A stretch of DNA of 64,000 nt from Candidatus Limnocylindria bacterium (GTDB lineage: Bacteria; Patescibacteriota; Saccharimonadia; Saccharimonadales; JAGQNK01), in the NCBI GenBank assembly GCA_035489815.1, contig DATHJH010000032.1, forward strand, positions 32,301-96,300, read 5' to 3'. The notes below the pieces were generated by a model, which did no database searches, was not told the DNA's origin, and saw only the letters and a program-made list of their open reading frames with translations. Position numbers and translations under genes: made by a program. This document shows, piece by piece, positions 1 to 9,270 of this stretch; within the stretch, counting starts at the first letter, position 1, and every line of letters begins with the position of its first letter.

Positions 1-93
1 AGACATTTATAGCCTTGATGAGATTACAGAGAGAAGTCTATATAAGTTTGCAACTTACATTAACAAGCTGAACAAGGCGGATAAAAGCAAAAA

Positions 94-447
94 ATGAATG
101 ACTCTGACCACGGCAAGCGCAAAGACGCTGTGGTGGAGTTTTTAAGCGAACGTCCAACAAACCTTACATTGCGGACTATGGGCGCAAGACGTACCAAAGA
201 AGAGATGCAACACAATCTCGCTAGAAATCTGCTCTTAGGTTTCTTGACTCTATTTGTCGTCGCTATTATAGGCGCATATGTATTTGATCGAAGTTTTTGT
301 AGTAACCCCAATGTATGCGGCGATAACTTTGTAAACGTTAAGGTTGTTATTGAGACTATGTTGGATTTCGGCTCCCCATTCATAGGTATTATTATTGGAT
401 TTTTCTTTAGTGAAAAATTCTGGAATAATAGGAAAGAGAATGAGTAA
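94..447 (+). CDS. hypothetical small membrane protein (AT-rich edge region)
   Basis: 117-aa ORF with two hydrophobic segments (LLLGFLTLFVVAIIGAYVF, FGSPFIGIIIGFFF). It overlaps a 154-aa antisense ORF, so the coding strand is uncertain. No recognisable motif. Confidence 0.3.
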   Translation: MNDSDHGKRKDAVVEFLSERPTNLTLRTMGARRTKEEMQHNLARNLLLGFLTLFVVAIIGAYVFDRSFCSNPNVCGDNFVNVKVVIETMLDFGSPFIGIIIGFFFSEKFWNNRKENE

Positions 448-907
448 AAAACTAAACAAATCTGCCTCCCAGTCCGTTCCAAAAGAACCGAGCCCAACCG
501 GCATTGCCCGGTAGTTATACTCATTAACCAAAGAGCCGACGGGCTGTTGGCTACTCACCCCTAATCATTAATGACAATAGCCAACAATGTACTGAGTTTT
601 GTAATTTTCCTGTAGACGTGTTCGTTTACGTCAGAATAGCTCATCGGCGGATACTCAAAGACTGATGTTTCTAGGGCTTTTTGTTCACAGTCATTTTTCG
701 ATTGCTTACTACAAACACCCAGGCACCGGCACCGGTAAGTGCGATTATTAATAGCCACGTCACAAGTTTGTTCATCACTGCCATATGGATAACACTGCCT
801 ACTTGCTCGGAGGGGATACTCGCGTCATCCAGGACCTTTGTTCTTGGTGTGGAACCGGGACTCTGCTGTAGATTTATAGCTCGTAACGTCCGGCGTCATA
901 CTGTAAT

Positions 908-1921
908 ATGAAGCTTATGAAGAAGACTGCTGCTGTGCAGGCTAAAAAACTTGGTTCTCGTAAGCTTTTACTTGTCATTGTCATGGGTGTAATCGTGGTC
1001 ATTTGCGGGGCTGGATTTGGATACTCCAGGGTTCAAAATCGCAGCAGGGATTTACAGGCAAGCGACGTAAACCAGGACGGCACCATTGACATACTGGATG
1101 AAGCAGCAGAAATCGAAACAGCCCAGGAAACCCAGGATCAGCCTGAGGACGCTCCCGTTCAACCTGCACCAGGTGTTGAGGCACAAATTTATGACCTGAA
1201 GCTTATAGGCTTCTATCTCCATGACCATGCTTTAATCGGGGGAACGTATATACCCGATGGCGCTCCAAGCACCAGCACGGATTTTGAAATTTTCTCCAAA
1301 GGCATAGATCTAGGCACCTGTTCTGTTGTGCAGGACATCACCCACGACTACCCGGATAACAAAAAGCAAAAGATCACGCTCCAGTCAGTGGCTGCCCAAA
1401 AGGTCGTGCTGTATGACGGTGAAAACACCGTTACCGTTACCTGTCCCCAGCCAGGCGGGGACATTGTAAAGTCCATGAAGGTGCGGATGATGGATCTCAA
1501 GCCCGAACTGTGCCGGGATTTTTCATTCAGCGAGTCAGCCGTTACAGCCACGACGGTTGACGAACTAAAGAGCGGTGTTGCCGGCACCTGGTCAGGCTGC
1601 GTCACAACGCCTTGGCGACCCAAATACCATGTCGCCATCGTATTCAATAGCGACGGCACTTATTCGACCGCGTCAAATGAAGTGCTGGATGGGTACAGAA
1701 CCCCGGTGCTGTACTATGGCCTTGATGGTACCGATCCGAATAAAAAGTATTCGCTGGCCGCACTGCCCGACGGTACCTTTGGCGGCGACATTACCATCAC
1801 ATTTGGTGGCACAAGTGTTCAGAACCAGCTGAAAAACGTAAAGCTCATGTCAGACAAATTGTCCTTTGAATTTTTACATAGAAATCGGTACGGGCCGGTT
1901 AAGTTTGAACTGAGTCGTTGA
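908..1921 (+). CDS. hypothetical membrane-anchored exported protein with one EF-hand/dockerin-like Ca-binding loop
   Basis: 337-aa ORF. N-terminal basic stretch plus TM (LLLVIVMGVIVVICGAGFG), a DVNQDGTIDILD loop, an acidic linker, then a beta-rich domain. Confidence 0.6.
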   Translation: MKLMKKTAAVQAKKLGSRKLLLVIVMGVIVVICGAGFGYSRVQNRSRDLQASDVNQDGTIDILDEAAEIETAQETQDQPEDAPVQPAPGVEAQIYDLKLIGFYLHDHALIGGTYIPDGAPSTSTDFEIFSKGIDLGTCSVVQDITHDYPDNKKQKITLQSVAAQKVVLYDGENTVTVTCPQPGGDIVKSMKVRMMDLKPELCRDFSFSESAVTATTVDELKSGVAGTWSGCVTTPWRPKYHVAIVFNSDGTYSTASNEVLDGYRTPVLYYGLDGTDPNKKYSLAALPDGTFGGDITITFGGTSVQNQLKNVKLMSDKLSFEFLHRNRYGPVKFELSR

Positions 1922-1927
1922 CCAGGT

Positions 1928-3445
1928 CTAATGGACGACTGTCCACCTAAGGACTGTCTGAACCCTATGGTTCACTGACTGCACTGTGGGGTTTTGCCAG
2001 CGCCAGGTGTCCTCGGCCCGAATCAGCCAGCCGGCGGTGCCGCCTCCCCACACATACGTCAGAGCGAATGCCAGCAACAGGCAGGCTTTTAGGTGCCAGG
2101 CAAGCCTCATGAATCGCCTGTCAGCGATTGTCCAGCTAACCGCTTGAAGCATCACAACAAACACAATGATAAGGATAGGGAGCGTATATCGGGCCTGGAT
2201 AGCCTCGGCTTTCCACAGCCTGAGGTAAGAAAGGTAGTTGAAGAGCCACAGAATAGCCAGATACATCCCGGAAATACTTACCCCAAATCTTAAGTACGGC
2301 TGCCGCCAGAGCCGCTTCCACTGCAGCACCAACGCGGTCAAGCCCGTCACCAGCGCCAGATAGCCCACGGTCAACGGCAACGGCAACAGAGATTTAAGCT
2401 CGATCGGACCGAACGGTTCGAGGTCCGACACCACTCGCGTAGGGGTATGCATAAATATGGCGTAAAAACCGCGCATCATCCGGCTGAACCAATACTGGGA
2501 AAAGCTGAAGGGATTCCCGTAAGGTGCCTCTGGCGGCCGGTTCTGCACGTTTAAAACCTTATCCCGGTACCACGGCCCAAAATCCTCGCACAGTGAACGG
2601 GGCTGCACAACCTCACAAGACGGCCGGATTGACCCATACTGCACAACGTTGCCCCCGTAGCGTTCCGCGAACAGCCCGCCAACCACACCAAGCCCCAGAA
2701 GGATGAGTGCGAACGACAAGTCTTTGGGCGTCCTGCGCCAAGCCTTGCGGCAAACCAAAAGTAGCTTGCCCCGATTCCGCCGCCATATCACAATAGCCGC
2801 ATAGGCCAGTACTATGCCCGCCAGCGGCAAAAAAGTCTGCTTGATCAAAAGCGCTGTCATGCCCGTCAACACCAACAGCAAGCTGCGTTTCAGGAAGTCT
2901 TTGCGGCCTGTAATGAGTTCAGTAGCCTGGAGCAAGAAGACCGGCGTCAGCAGGAGCATCAGGTTGTCGTAACTCACATGCGCAGCCAAAAACGGCACAA
3001 TCGGCGTGGACACAAACGCCAGCAACGCCGCATGCGTCAGCCGCCGGGACACACCCCATCGAAGCAGCAGTTTTCTAAAGAGTATAAGAGCAACCGCCAC
3101 GAACACCACGTTCAGCAGGCGGGTCGCAACAATCAGTACCGCCTGATTGTCGGTAAAGATGTCAAAGAATCTGTACGGGAAGCTCATCAGGTAGTGATAC
3201 AGGAAGGACGGTTCGCGGGTCACGTCCCCCAGGACTCCCGTCCCTGCTGGCTGCTGGGCAATAACCGGCAACCACTGCCGGGCATACAACTGAATAACCC
3301 CCACGTGCACGAACTCGTCAAAAGGCAGCGGGTAGATGGCCGTGCAGGCCAGCCAGACGGATTGCACAACAAACAACAGAACAGTAGCTACAAAAAACTT
3401 GGTGCTGGCAAGCAGGTTGTGTATTCTCAGGGCAAGTTTTTCCAT
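1928..3445 (-). CDS. polytopic membrane protein, GT-C fold (PMT/ArnT-like) glycosyltransferase candidate, paralog 1
   Basis: 505 aa with more than 10 hydrophobic helices. Shares the motifs FLYHYLMSFPY and VSYDNL with the ORF at 19047-20465. Confidence 0.6.
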   Translation of the reverse strand: MEKLALRIHNLLASTKFFVATVLLFVVQSVWLACTAIYPLPFDEFVHVGVIQLYARQWLPVIAQQPAGTGVLGDVTREPSFLYHYLMSFPYRFFDIFTDNQAVLIVATRLLNVVFVAVALILFRKLLLRWGVSRRLTHAALLAFVSTPIVPFLAAHVSYDNLMLLLTPVFLLQATELITGRKDFLKRSLLLVLTGMTALLIKQTFLPLAGIVLAYAAIVIWRRNRGKLLLVCRKAWRRTPKDLSFALILLGLGVVGGLFAERYGGNVVQYGSIRPSCEVVQPRSLCEDFGPWYRDKVLNVQNRPPEAPYGNPFSFSQYWFSRMMRGFYAIFMHTPTRVVSDLEPFGPIELKSLLPLPLTVGYLALVTGLTALVLQWKRLWRQPYLRFGVSISGMYLAILWLFNYLSYLRLWKAEAIQARYTLPILIIVFVVMLQAVSWTIADRRFMRLAWHLKACLLLAFALTYVWGGGTAGWLIRAEDTWRWQNPTVQSVNHRVQTVLRWTVVH

Positions 3446-3477
3446 CTGTTACTCAACTATAACAGATGACTTTTTGG

Positions 3478-3580
3478 GCTGAGTGCTGCCGTGGCCCATC
3501 CTGAGGGGTCAGCAAGCGCCTCGGCGGCCAAAGGCCGTCCGTAAAAGCGCTCCTCAGGATGGGCCACGGCAGCACTCAGC
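3478..3580 (+). repeat. family-1 nested hairpin element, copy A (subtype 1a)
   Basis: Perfect 29-nt arms at 3478-3506 and 3552-3580 enclose the core GGTCAGCAAGCGCCTCGGCGGCCAAAGGCCGTCCGTAAAAGCGCT. Confidence 0.9.
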
Positions 3581-3662
3581 AGTCCGTAACCCTGCACCAT
3601 CCGCAATTTATGACTGCGAGTATTCTGTCATAGGTATAATATCCAAGTACTAAGGAGCATGT

Positions 3663-5018
3663 ATGTCAAAAGATTCACTGGCGGAAATATTTAAAGCATA
3701 TGACATCCGCGGCAAGGTCGGATCGCAGCTAACACCGGAAACAGTGGAGCGCATTGGTGCCGTATTCGGCGACTGGTTGCCTACAGAAGGCGTGGTAGCG
3801 GTGGGACATGACATGCGCCCGGACTCTGCCGAACTGGCACAGGCGCTTATCAAGGGCATTACAGTAACTGGCCGGGATGTTATGGATGTTGGCCAGGTGA
3901 CAAGTGACATGAGCTATTTTGCCGTTGGCAAATACAACCTGGCCGGGGCTGCCATGGTCACCGCCAGCCACAACCCGGGTGCCGACAACGGGATAAAACT
4001 CTACCGGGATCAGGTTATCGCTGTGGGCTTGGATGCCGGGTTAGACCAGATCCGCGACAGGGTACTTACAGATTACGCGCCAAAAACCGCCGCACAGCCC
4101 GGTCAAGTCACGGCAAAGGATATTACAGAGGACTGGCTTGCCCATGTTATGAGCTTTGTGCCGGATCCGGCCAAACTCAAGCCGTACAAAATGGCCGTGG
4201 ACGCCGGCAACGGTATGGCAGGTAAAATATTCCCGGAACTTGAACCCTATGTCCCGTTTGAAGTGACCGAACTGTACTTTGACCTGGACGGCACCTTCCC
4301 TAATCATGAGGCCAATCCGCAAAAGCCGGAAAATATGCAGGACCTCATCAAGACAGTCCAGGAAAACAAGCTGGACTTTGGCATTGCCTTTGATGGTGAC
4401 GGTGACCGCGCCGGGTTTGTGGATGACAAGGGCCGGATTGTGTCCGGAAGTGACCTGATCAGCATTGTTGCCCGGGAGTATTTGAAGAAGTACCCTGGGG
4501 CAGAAATAGTGCACGAGGTCCGCACCAGCCGGGCCACCCAGGAACTCGTCCGCGAATGGGGCGGCACACCCTTTAGAACCAAAGCCGGACGGGTCAGCAT
4601 CGGCACTGTCATGCGCGAACACGACGCCCCATTTGGCGGCGAGACAACCGGACACCTGTTTTTTAAGGAAAACTATTACGCCGACTCTGGCCTGATTGGC
4701 GCGATGATGGTCATCGTCGCCCTGCAGGCAGCTGGTAAAAAATTGTCGCAACTGGTGGACGAATACCACAGATATGCCACTATGCCAGAGGTAAATTTTG
4801 AAGTAGCTGATAAGGACGGAGCGTTAAAACGCCTGGCTCAGGCCTTTTCCAACGACACCCAGGATACCCTTGACGGGCTAACGGTGAATTTTGATGACGG
4901 TTGGTTTAATATCCGCGCCAGCAACACCGAACCAGTCATGCGCCTCAACGCCGAGGCCGGGACCCAGGCCCGCCTCGACGAGCTCGTTGCAAAAGTCACA
5001 CACCTAATCCAGGACTAG
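3663..5018 (+). CDS. manB: phosphomannomutase/phosphoglucomutase (alpha-D-phosphohexomutase family)
   Basis: 451 aa. FKAYDIRG N-terminus, catalytic TASHNPGADNG loop, metal-binding FDGDGDR. AAGGAG RBS upstream. Confidence 0.85.
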   Translation: MSKDSLAEIFKAYDIRGKVGSQLTPETVERIGAVFGDWLPTEGVVAVGHDMRPDSAELAQALIKGITVTGRDVMDVGQVTSDMSYFAVGKYNLAGAAMVTASHNPGADNGIKLYRDQVIAVGLDAGLDQIRDRVLTDYAPKTAAQPGQVTAKDITEDWLAHVMSFVPDPAKLKPYKMAVDAGNGMAGKIFPELEPYVPFEVTELYFDLDGTFPNHEANPQKPENMQDLIKTVQENKLDFGIAFDGDGDRAGFVDDKGRIVSGSDLISIVAREYLKKYPGAEIVHEVRTSRATQELVREWGGTPFRTKAGRVSIGTVMREHDAPFGGETTGHLFFKENYYADSGLIGAMMVIVALQAAGKKLSQLVDEYHRYATMPEVNFEVADKDGALKRLAQAFSNDTQDTLDGLTVNFDDGWFNIRASNTEPVMRLNAEAGTQARLDELVAKVTHLIQD

Positions 5019-5037
5019 CGGGATATACTAAACACAT

Positions 5038-6045
5038 ATGAAGATGCTCATTACCGGCGGCGCGGGGTTCATTGGTGCGAACTTTGTCCACTATATCCGC
5101 CAGCACTACCCTGACTATCAGATAATCGTCGTCGATAAACTTAATCAACAGGGTAACTTAGAAAACCTGGCTGCCGTTCGCGATCAGATAGAGTTTCATG
5201 AGTTTGACCTCATCGAAGAAGCCAAGCTGGTGCTTATCTTTGAGCAAGGCCTGGATTATGTCGTCCACTTTGCAGCCGAAACCAACGTAGACCGATCTAT
5301 CGAAGATCCGGACAATTTTGTGAACAGCAATGTGCTTGCCACCAACATCTTGTTGCGCCTCAGCCGTGACCACAAAGTCAAACGCTTCCACCACGTTTCT
5401 ACAGATGAGGTCTTTGGCAGCCTGGAACTCGGATCAGATGATAAGTTCAACGAGCACACCTCTTACGACCCGCGCAGTCCCTACTCTGCTACCAAAGCCG
5501 CCAGCGATCACCTGGTACGGTCCTACTTCCATACCTACGACCTGGATGTCACTATCAGTAACTGCTCCAACAACTACGGCCCTTACCAGGTACCAGAGAA
5601 CATTGTGCCGGTCTTTACCCTCATGGGCCTGCAGGACAAGCCGCTGACTATTTATGGCGACGGCAAAAGCATCCGGGATTACCTGTTTGTGCTGGACCAC
5701 TGCCGGGCCATTGACCTGATTCTGCGCAAAGGCCGTGCCGGTGAAACATACTGCGTCGGCGGTGGCCAGGAACAAAATGGCGTAGAAATCGCCGATGGTG
5801 TGCTCTCCATCCTGGATAAATCCCAGGAGCTGAAAAAGTTCGTGACCGACCGGCCCGGTCACGACCGCCGCTACGCCATTGACTACACCAAAATCAGCCG
5901 CGAACTGGGCTACCAACCAAGCGTGACATTTGAGGAAGGCCTGCGCCAAACCATCGACTGGTACCAGGCCAATACCGAGTGGTGGCAGCCCTACATGGAA
6001 AAGTTTTATGTACCGAAGTTCATGCAAAAGGACGTGGAACAATGA
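5038..6045 (+). CDS. rfbB: dTDP-glucose 4,6-dehydratase
   Basis: 335 aa. GGAGFIGANF Rossmann motif, YSATKAASDHL (YxxxK), full-length SDR-extended architecture. Confidence 0.9.
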   Translation: MKMLITGGAGFIGANFVHYIRQHYPDYQIIVVDKLNQQGNLENLAAVRDQIEFHEFDLIEEAKLVLIFEQGLDYVVHFAAETNVDRSIEDPDNFVNSNVLATNILLRLSRDHKVKRFHHVSTDEVFGSLELGSDDKFNEHTSYDPRSPYSATKAASDHLVRSYFHTYDLDVTISNCSNNYGPYQVPENIVPVFTLMGLQDKPLTIYGDGKSIRDYLFVLDHCRAIDLILRKGRAGETYCVGGGQEQNGVEIADGVLSILDKSQELKKFVTDRPGHDRRYAIDYTKISRELGYQPSVTFEEGLRQTIDWYQANTEWWQPYMEKFYVPKFMQKDVEQ

Positions 6046-6050
6046 GAGGC

Positions 6051-6159
6051 CCGGAACGGCTCACCCTTACGAATTCGTCAGGCTAAAGCTAACGCCATGG
6101 GCTGACCGAAGGTCACCCATAAAGTGGCCTAGAGAATTCGTAAGGGTGAGCCGTTCCGG
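6051..6159 (+). repeat. family-1 nested hairpin element, copy B (subtype 1b)
   Basis: Perfect 26-nt arms at 6051-6076 and 6134-6159. Core is GTCAGGCTAAAGCTAACGCCATGGGCTGACCGAAGGTCACCCATAAAGTGGCCTAGA. Confidence 0.9.
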
Positions 6160-6169
6160 CGGGAAAAAT

Positions 6170-7282
6170 ATGAATATAACCTTCTTTGGAACATACGACA
6201 CCAGCAACACCCCCCGGGTTCAAGCCCTCATTGACGGTATGCGCGCCCATGACCACAAGGTGACAGAATGCAACGCACCGCTCAAGGTCAACACCGCCTC
6301 CCGGGTAGCCATCATGCAACAGCCTTGGCGCTTGCCACTGCTGGGTGGGCACATCCTCCGCTGCTGGGTTCGTCTGATCGGAAAATCGCGACACCTTCCA
6401 CCAACTGATTTGGTGATAGTGGGACACTTGGGGCAGTTCGATATTCAGCTGGCGCATCTGCTGTTTAGAAAAAAACCTATTGCTCTAGACTACATGATCT
6501 CCGGCACCGAAACGGCCAACGACCGCGGGGCTAAAGGCGGACTCAAGACAAAAGTCCTCGGCTGGCTGGACCAGGCAGCCCTCAAAAAATCCGCCATTAT
6601 CATAGTAGATACTGAAGAACACCGCCTAGACCTACCCGGGCACCACCGATCCAAGGGTGTAGTCGTAAACGTCGGCGCCCCGCCCTCCTGGTTTGAGGCG
6701 GGCGAGGCAGAGGCCAAACGCAAAGTAACCAAACCCATTAGCATCGCCTTTTTCGGCAACTACATCCCCCTGCAGGGCGCCCCAATCATTGCCGAGGCCA
6801 CCCGCTCTATGCAATCTCCCGTCACCATAACCATGGTCGGCCCCCACGGCCAGGACTTTGCCAAAGCCCAGGCCGCCGCTCGGCCTGCCAAAGGCCCAGC
6901 CACCATCAAGTGGGTCGACCATTGGGTGCCCATAGACGAACTGCCCGCACTTATGGCTCAGCACGATGTGTGCCTGGGTGTCTTTGGTACCAGCCCCAAA
7001 ACTTATAAAGTCGTACCTAACAAAGTCTACCAGTGCGCCGCTGCCGGCGGTGCCATTGTGACCTCCGACACGCCGTCACAGCGGCGGGTCTTTGGCGCGT
7101 CCGCCATCTACACACCCCCCGGCGACGCCCACGCCCTGGCCGACGCCCTGGACAAACTGGCCAACAACCCCAAAGAAGTGCAACGCCTCCGCGCAGCCGC
7201 TTTCACCCTCGCCAAAAAATCCTTCCGCCCCGAACAAATCATCCGCCCCTTCCTCAAAAAACTCGAAGAACAAGGTCTATGA
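6170..7282 (+). CDS. glycosyltransferase (GT-B, GT1/GT4-like)
   Basis: The ORF-track frame opens at 5930, but that extension overlaps rfbB and the hairpin element. The ATG at 6170 (MNITFFGTYD) is the first start after the element. The C-terminal half is GT-B-like. Confidence 0.6.
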   Translation: MNITFFGTYDTSNTPRVQALIDGMRAHDHKVTECNAPLKVNTASRVAIMQQPWRLPLLGGHILRCWVRLIGKSRHLPPTDLVIVGHLGQFDIQLAHLLFRKKPIALDYMISGTETANDRGAKGGLKTKVLGWLDQAALKKSAIIIVDTEEHRLDLPGHHRSKGVVVNVGAPPSWFEAGEAEAKRKVTKPISIAFFGNYIPLQGAPIIAEATRSMQSPVTITMVGPHGQDFAKAQAAARPAKGPATIKWVDHWVPIDELPALMAQHDVCLGVFGTSPKTYKVVPNKVYQCAAAGGAIVTSDTPSQRRVFGASAIYTPPGDAHALADALDKLANNPKEVQRLRAAAFTLAKKSFRPEQIIRPFLKKLEEQGL

Positions 7283-7818
7283 GACAACTCGATCAACAAA
7301 AGTTCTGCGGCTGGTGTGGCGGCATGGTAACTTACCCTTCAAAATGGCAATCAGTCTGTAGCACATGCGGATACAAGCAATACCAAAACCCTTTACCATG
7401 CAGCAGCGCTCTTATTATCTGTGGCGATGAAGTACTAATACTCCAGCGGTCTATAGAACCAGGAAAGGGGAAGTTTGACCTCCCGGGCGGTTTTATGGAC
7501 ATGACAGACAAGTCCATAGAGGCAGCCGCTTACCGAGAACTGCACGAAGAATTGGGAATAAAACAGCGTATGATAACCCAGGTTACTTATTTTGGATCGG
7601 GCATACAGCCATACGAGTGGCAAGGAACAGAGCTACTCACAGCGCCCTGTTACTTTACCTGCCACATAACCACCAAGGACCGCGCCCGGCTTGTCGTTGA
7701 CCCCAAAGAGGGCTCTCAGGTACGCTGGGTAAGTCGGGCCGACGTACCGACCGTAGACTTTGCCTTTGATTTGGATAAGGAAATGCTTACCAGTTATTTT
7801 AGTAATAAAACACCTTAG
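7279..7818 (+). CDS. NUDIX hydrolase with N-terminal zinc ribbon
   Basis: Nudix box GGFMDMTDKSIEAAAYRELHEELGI. CGWCGG...CSTCG Cys4 ribbon. The start ATG overlaps the upstream stop (ATGA). Confidence 0.8.
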   Translation: MRQLDQQKFCGWCGGMVTYPSKWQSVCSTCGYKQYQNPLPCSSALIICGDEVLILQRSIEPGKGKFDLPGGFMDMTDKSIEAAAYRELHEELGIKQRMITQVTYFGSGIQPYEWQGTELLTAPCYFTCHITTKDRARLVVDPKEGSQVRWVSRADVPTVDFAFDLDKEMLTSYFSNKTP

Positions 7819-7830
7819 GAGGGTTATAGC

Positions 7831-8406
7831 GTGCAGCTTATAAAGACGGACATCGACGGAGTATTACAGGCTCAGCCAGACATACACGGTGACGAGCGCG
7901 GTTTTTTCATAGAAACCTACCGGCGGCAGTGGTTTCCAAATGGACGGGAAATGATCCAGGGCAACCGCGGCGACCGTAAAGCTGGCTCCATTGTGGGCTT
8001 TCACTATCACCTGCACCAAGCAGATTACTGGTACGTTCCCTTTGGCTCCGCCCGCGTCATCCTGCATGATTTTCGCAAGGACTCACCAACGTTTGGCGTG
8101 ACAGCCACCTTTGACCTTGGCGCAGACCTGAAAAGTCCGGATGATCCAAAAAAGTTCAATCACAATGGCCTCTACATCCCGCCCGGGGTAGCCCATGGCT
8201 TTGCTGCATTGTCCGACATGACTATCACCTACCTCGTGGACGGCTACTATAATCCAGCAGATGAACTAGGCATTGCCTGGAACGATCCCGATGTTGGAGC
8301 CGATTGGGGATTGAAAGATCCCGTCGCATCTGACCGCGACAAAAAGAATCCATTGCGCAAAGATATTCCGATTGAGCTAAGACCGCACTTTAAACTCCGG
8401 GGGTAA
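7831..8406 (+). CDS. rfbC: dTDP-4-dehydrorhamnose 3,5-epimerase
   Basis: 191 aa, GTG start. GDERGFFIETY, FHYH...QADYWYV, cupin-type RmlC pattern. Confidence 0.85.
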   Translation: MQLIKTDIDGVLQAQPDIHGDERGFFIETYRRQWFPNGREMIQGNRGDRKAGSIVGFHYHLHQADYWYVPFGSARVILHDFRKDSPTFGVTATFDLGADLKSPDDPKKFNHNGLYIPPGVAHGFAALSDMTITYLVDGYYNPADELGIAWNDPDVGADWGLKDPVASDRDKKNPLRKDIPIELRPHFKLRG

Positions 8407-8409
8407 ATC

Positions 8410-9270
8410 ATGGATGATTCAAAGTTTTTTATTGTCGGGGCAAACGGACAACTGGGTACTGCGCTGCGGGCTCAGTATCCGCAGGCTCAGTTTGCTGACA
8501 TTGATGAAATGGATATTACTGATCGCGCGTCGGTCATGGGCTACGACTGGTCCGGCGTTACCCATATCCTCAACGCCGCTGCCTACACGAACGTGGACGG
8601 GGCAGAAACCGCCGAAGGCCGGATGGCCGCCTGGAAGGTCAACGCCGCAGCCGTAGGCTACCTGGCAGAAGTTGCGCGGCAGCATGACATCACCCTGGTG
8701 CACATTTCTTCGGATTACGTTTTTGACGGCACCAAACATCCACATACCGAACAGGAGGACTTTGCGCCACTATCCGTCTACGGCGCCAGCAAGGCGGCGG
8801 GCGACCTGCTAGTTGCTTCTTTGCCAAAGCACTACATCCTGCGCACCAGCTGGGTCATTGGCGAGGGCAACAACTTTGTCCGTACCATGTTGGGCCTGGG
8901 TGCAAAAGGAGTGTCGCCAACAGTCGTAGCAGACCAAGTTGGCCGCCTCACCTTCACGAGCGAGCTTGTCCGGGCAATCGACCATCTCCTTTCAACTAGC
9001 GCAGCACATGGCACATATAATGTCAGTAATAGTGGTGAACCAGCCAGTTGGGCAGACATCGCCCGCCACATATTTGAAATTGCTGGACACAAAGACCTCA
9101 CCGTTACCGACACCACCACGGCCGAATACTTTGCCGGCAAAGAAAACATCGCCGCCCGCCCCCTGCACAGCACCTTTGACCTCACTAAACTTACTGCCAC
9201 TGGCTTTGAAAGCCGCGGTTGGTATGATGAATTAAGGGAATACGTCAAAAAGGAGCTTTCCACGCAATGA
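8410..9270 (+). CDS. rfbD: dTDP-4-dehydrorhamnose reductase
   Basis: 286 aa. VGANGQLG, YGASKAAGD (YxxxK). Confidence 0.85.
   Translation: MDDSKFFIVGANGQLGTALRAQYPQAQFADIDEMDITDRASVMGYDWSGVTHILNAAAYTNVDGAETAEGRMAAWKVNAAAVGYLAEVARQHDITLVHISSDYVFDGTKHPHTEQEDFAPLSVYGASKAAGDLLVASLPKHYILRTSWVIGEGNNFVRTMLGLGAKGVSPTVVADQVGRLTFTSELVRAIDHLLSTSAAHGTYNVSNSGEPASWADIARHIFEIAGHKDLTVTDTTTAEYFAGKENIAARPLHSTFDLTKLTATGFESRGWYDELREYVKKELSTQ

Noticed and set aside
4041-4769. 242-aa antisense ORF inside manB. Similar long shadow ORFs occur at 5434-6042, 19605-20303, 27046-27699, 45605-46423, 53327-54007, 55463-56356 and 57866-58390.
   Set aside because: Each lies fully inside a gene with strong family motifs on the other strand. 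Their sequences are low-complexity and Arg/Gly/Pro/Val-rich, as is typical of antisense frames in GC-rich coding DNA.
5930-6169. N-terminal 80-aa extension of the glycosyltransferase ORF (track start 5930).
   Set aside because: The extension overlaps the 3' end of rfbB and reads through family-1 hairpin copy B. The ATG at 6170, directly after the element, gives a normal GT N-terminus.
7033-7278. Arg/Pro-rich 82-aa extension of the NUDIX ORF.
   Set aside because: It overlaps the upstream glycosyltransferase in another frame. The internal ATG at 7279 forms an ATGA coupling with the upstream stop.
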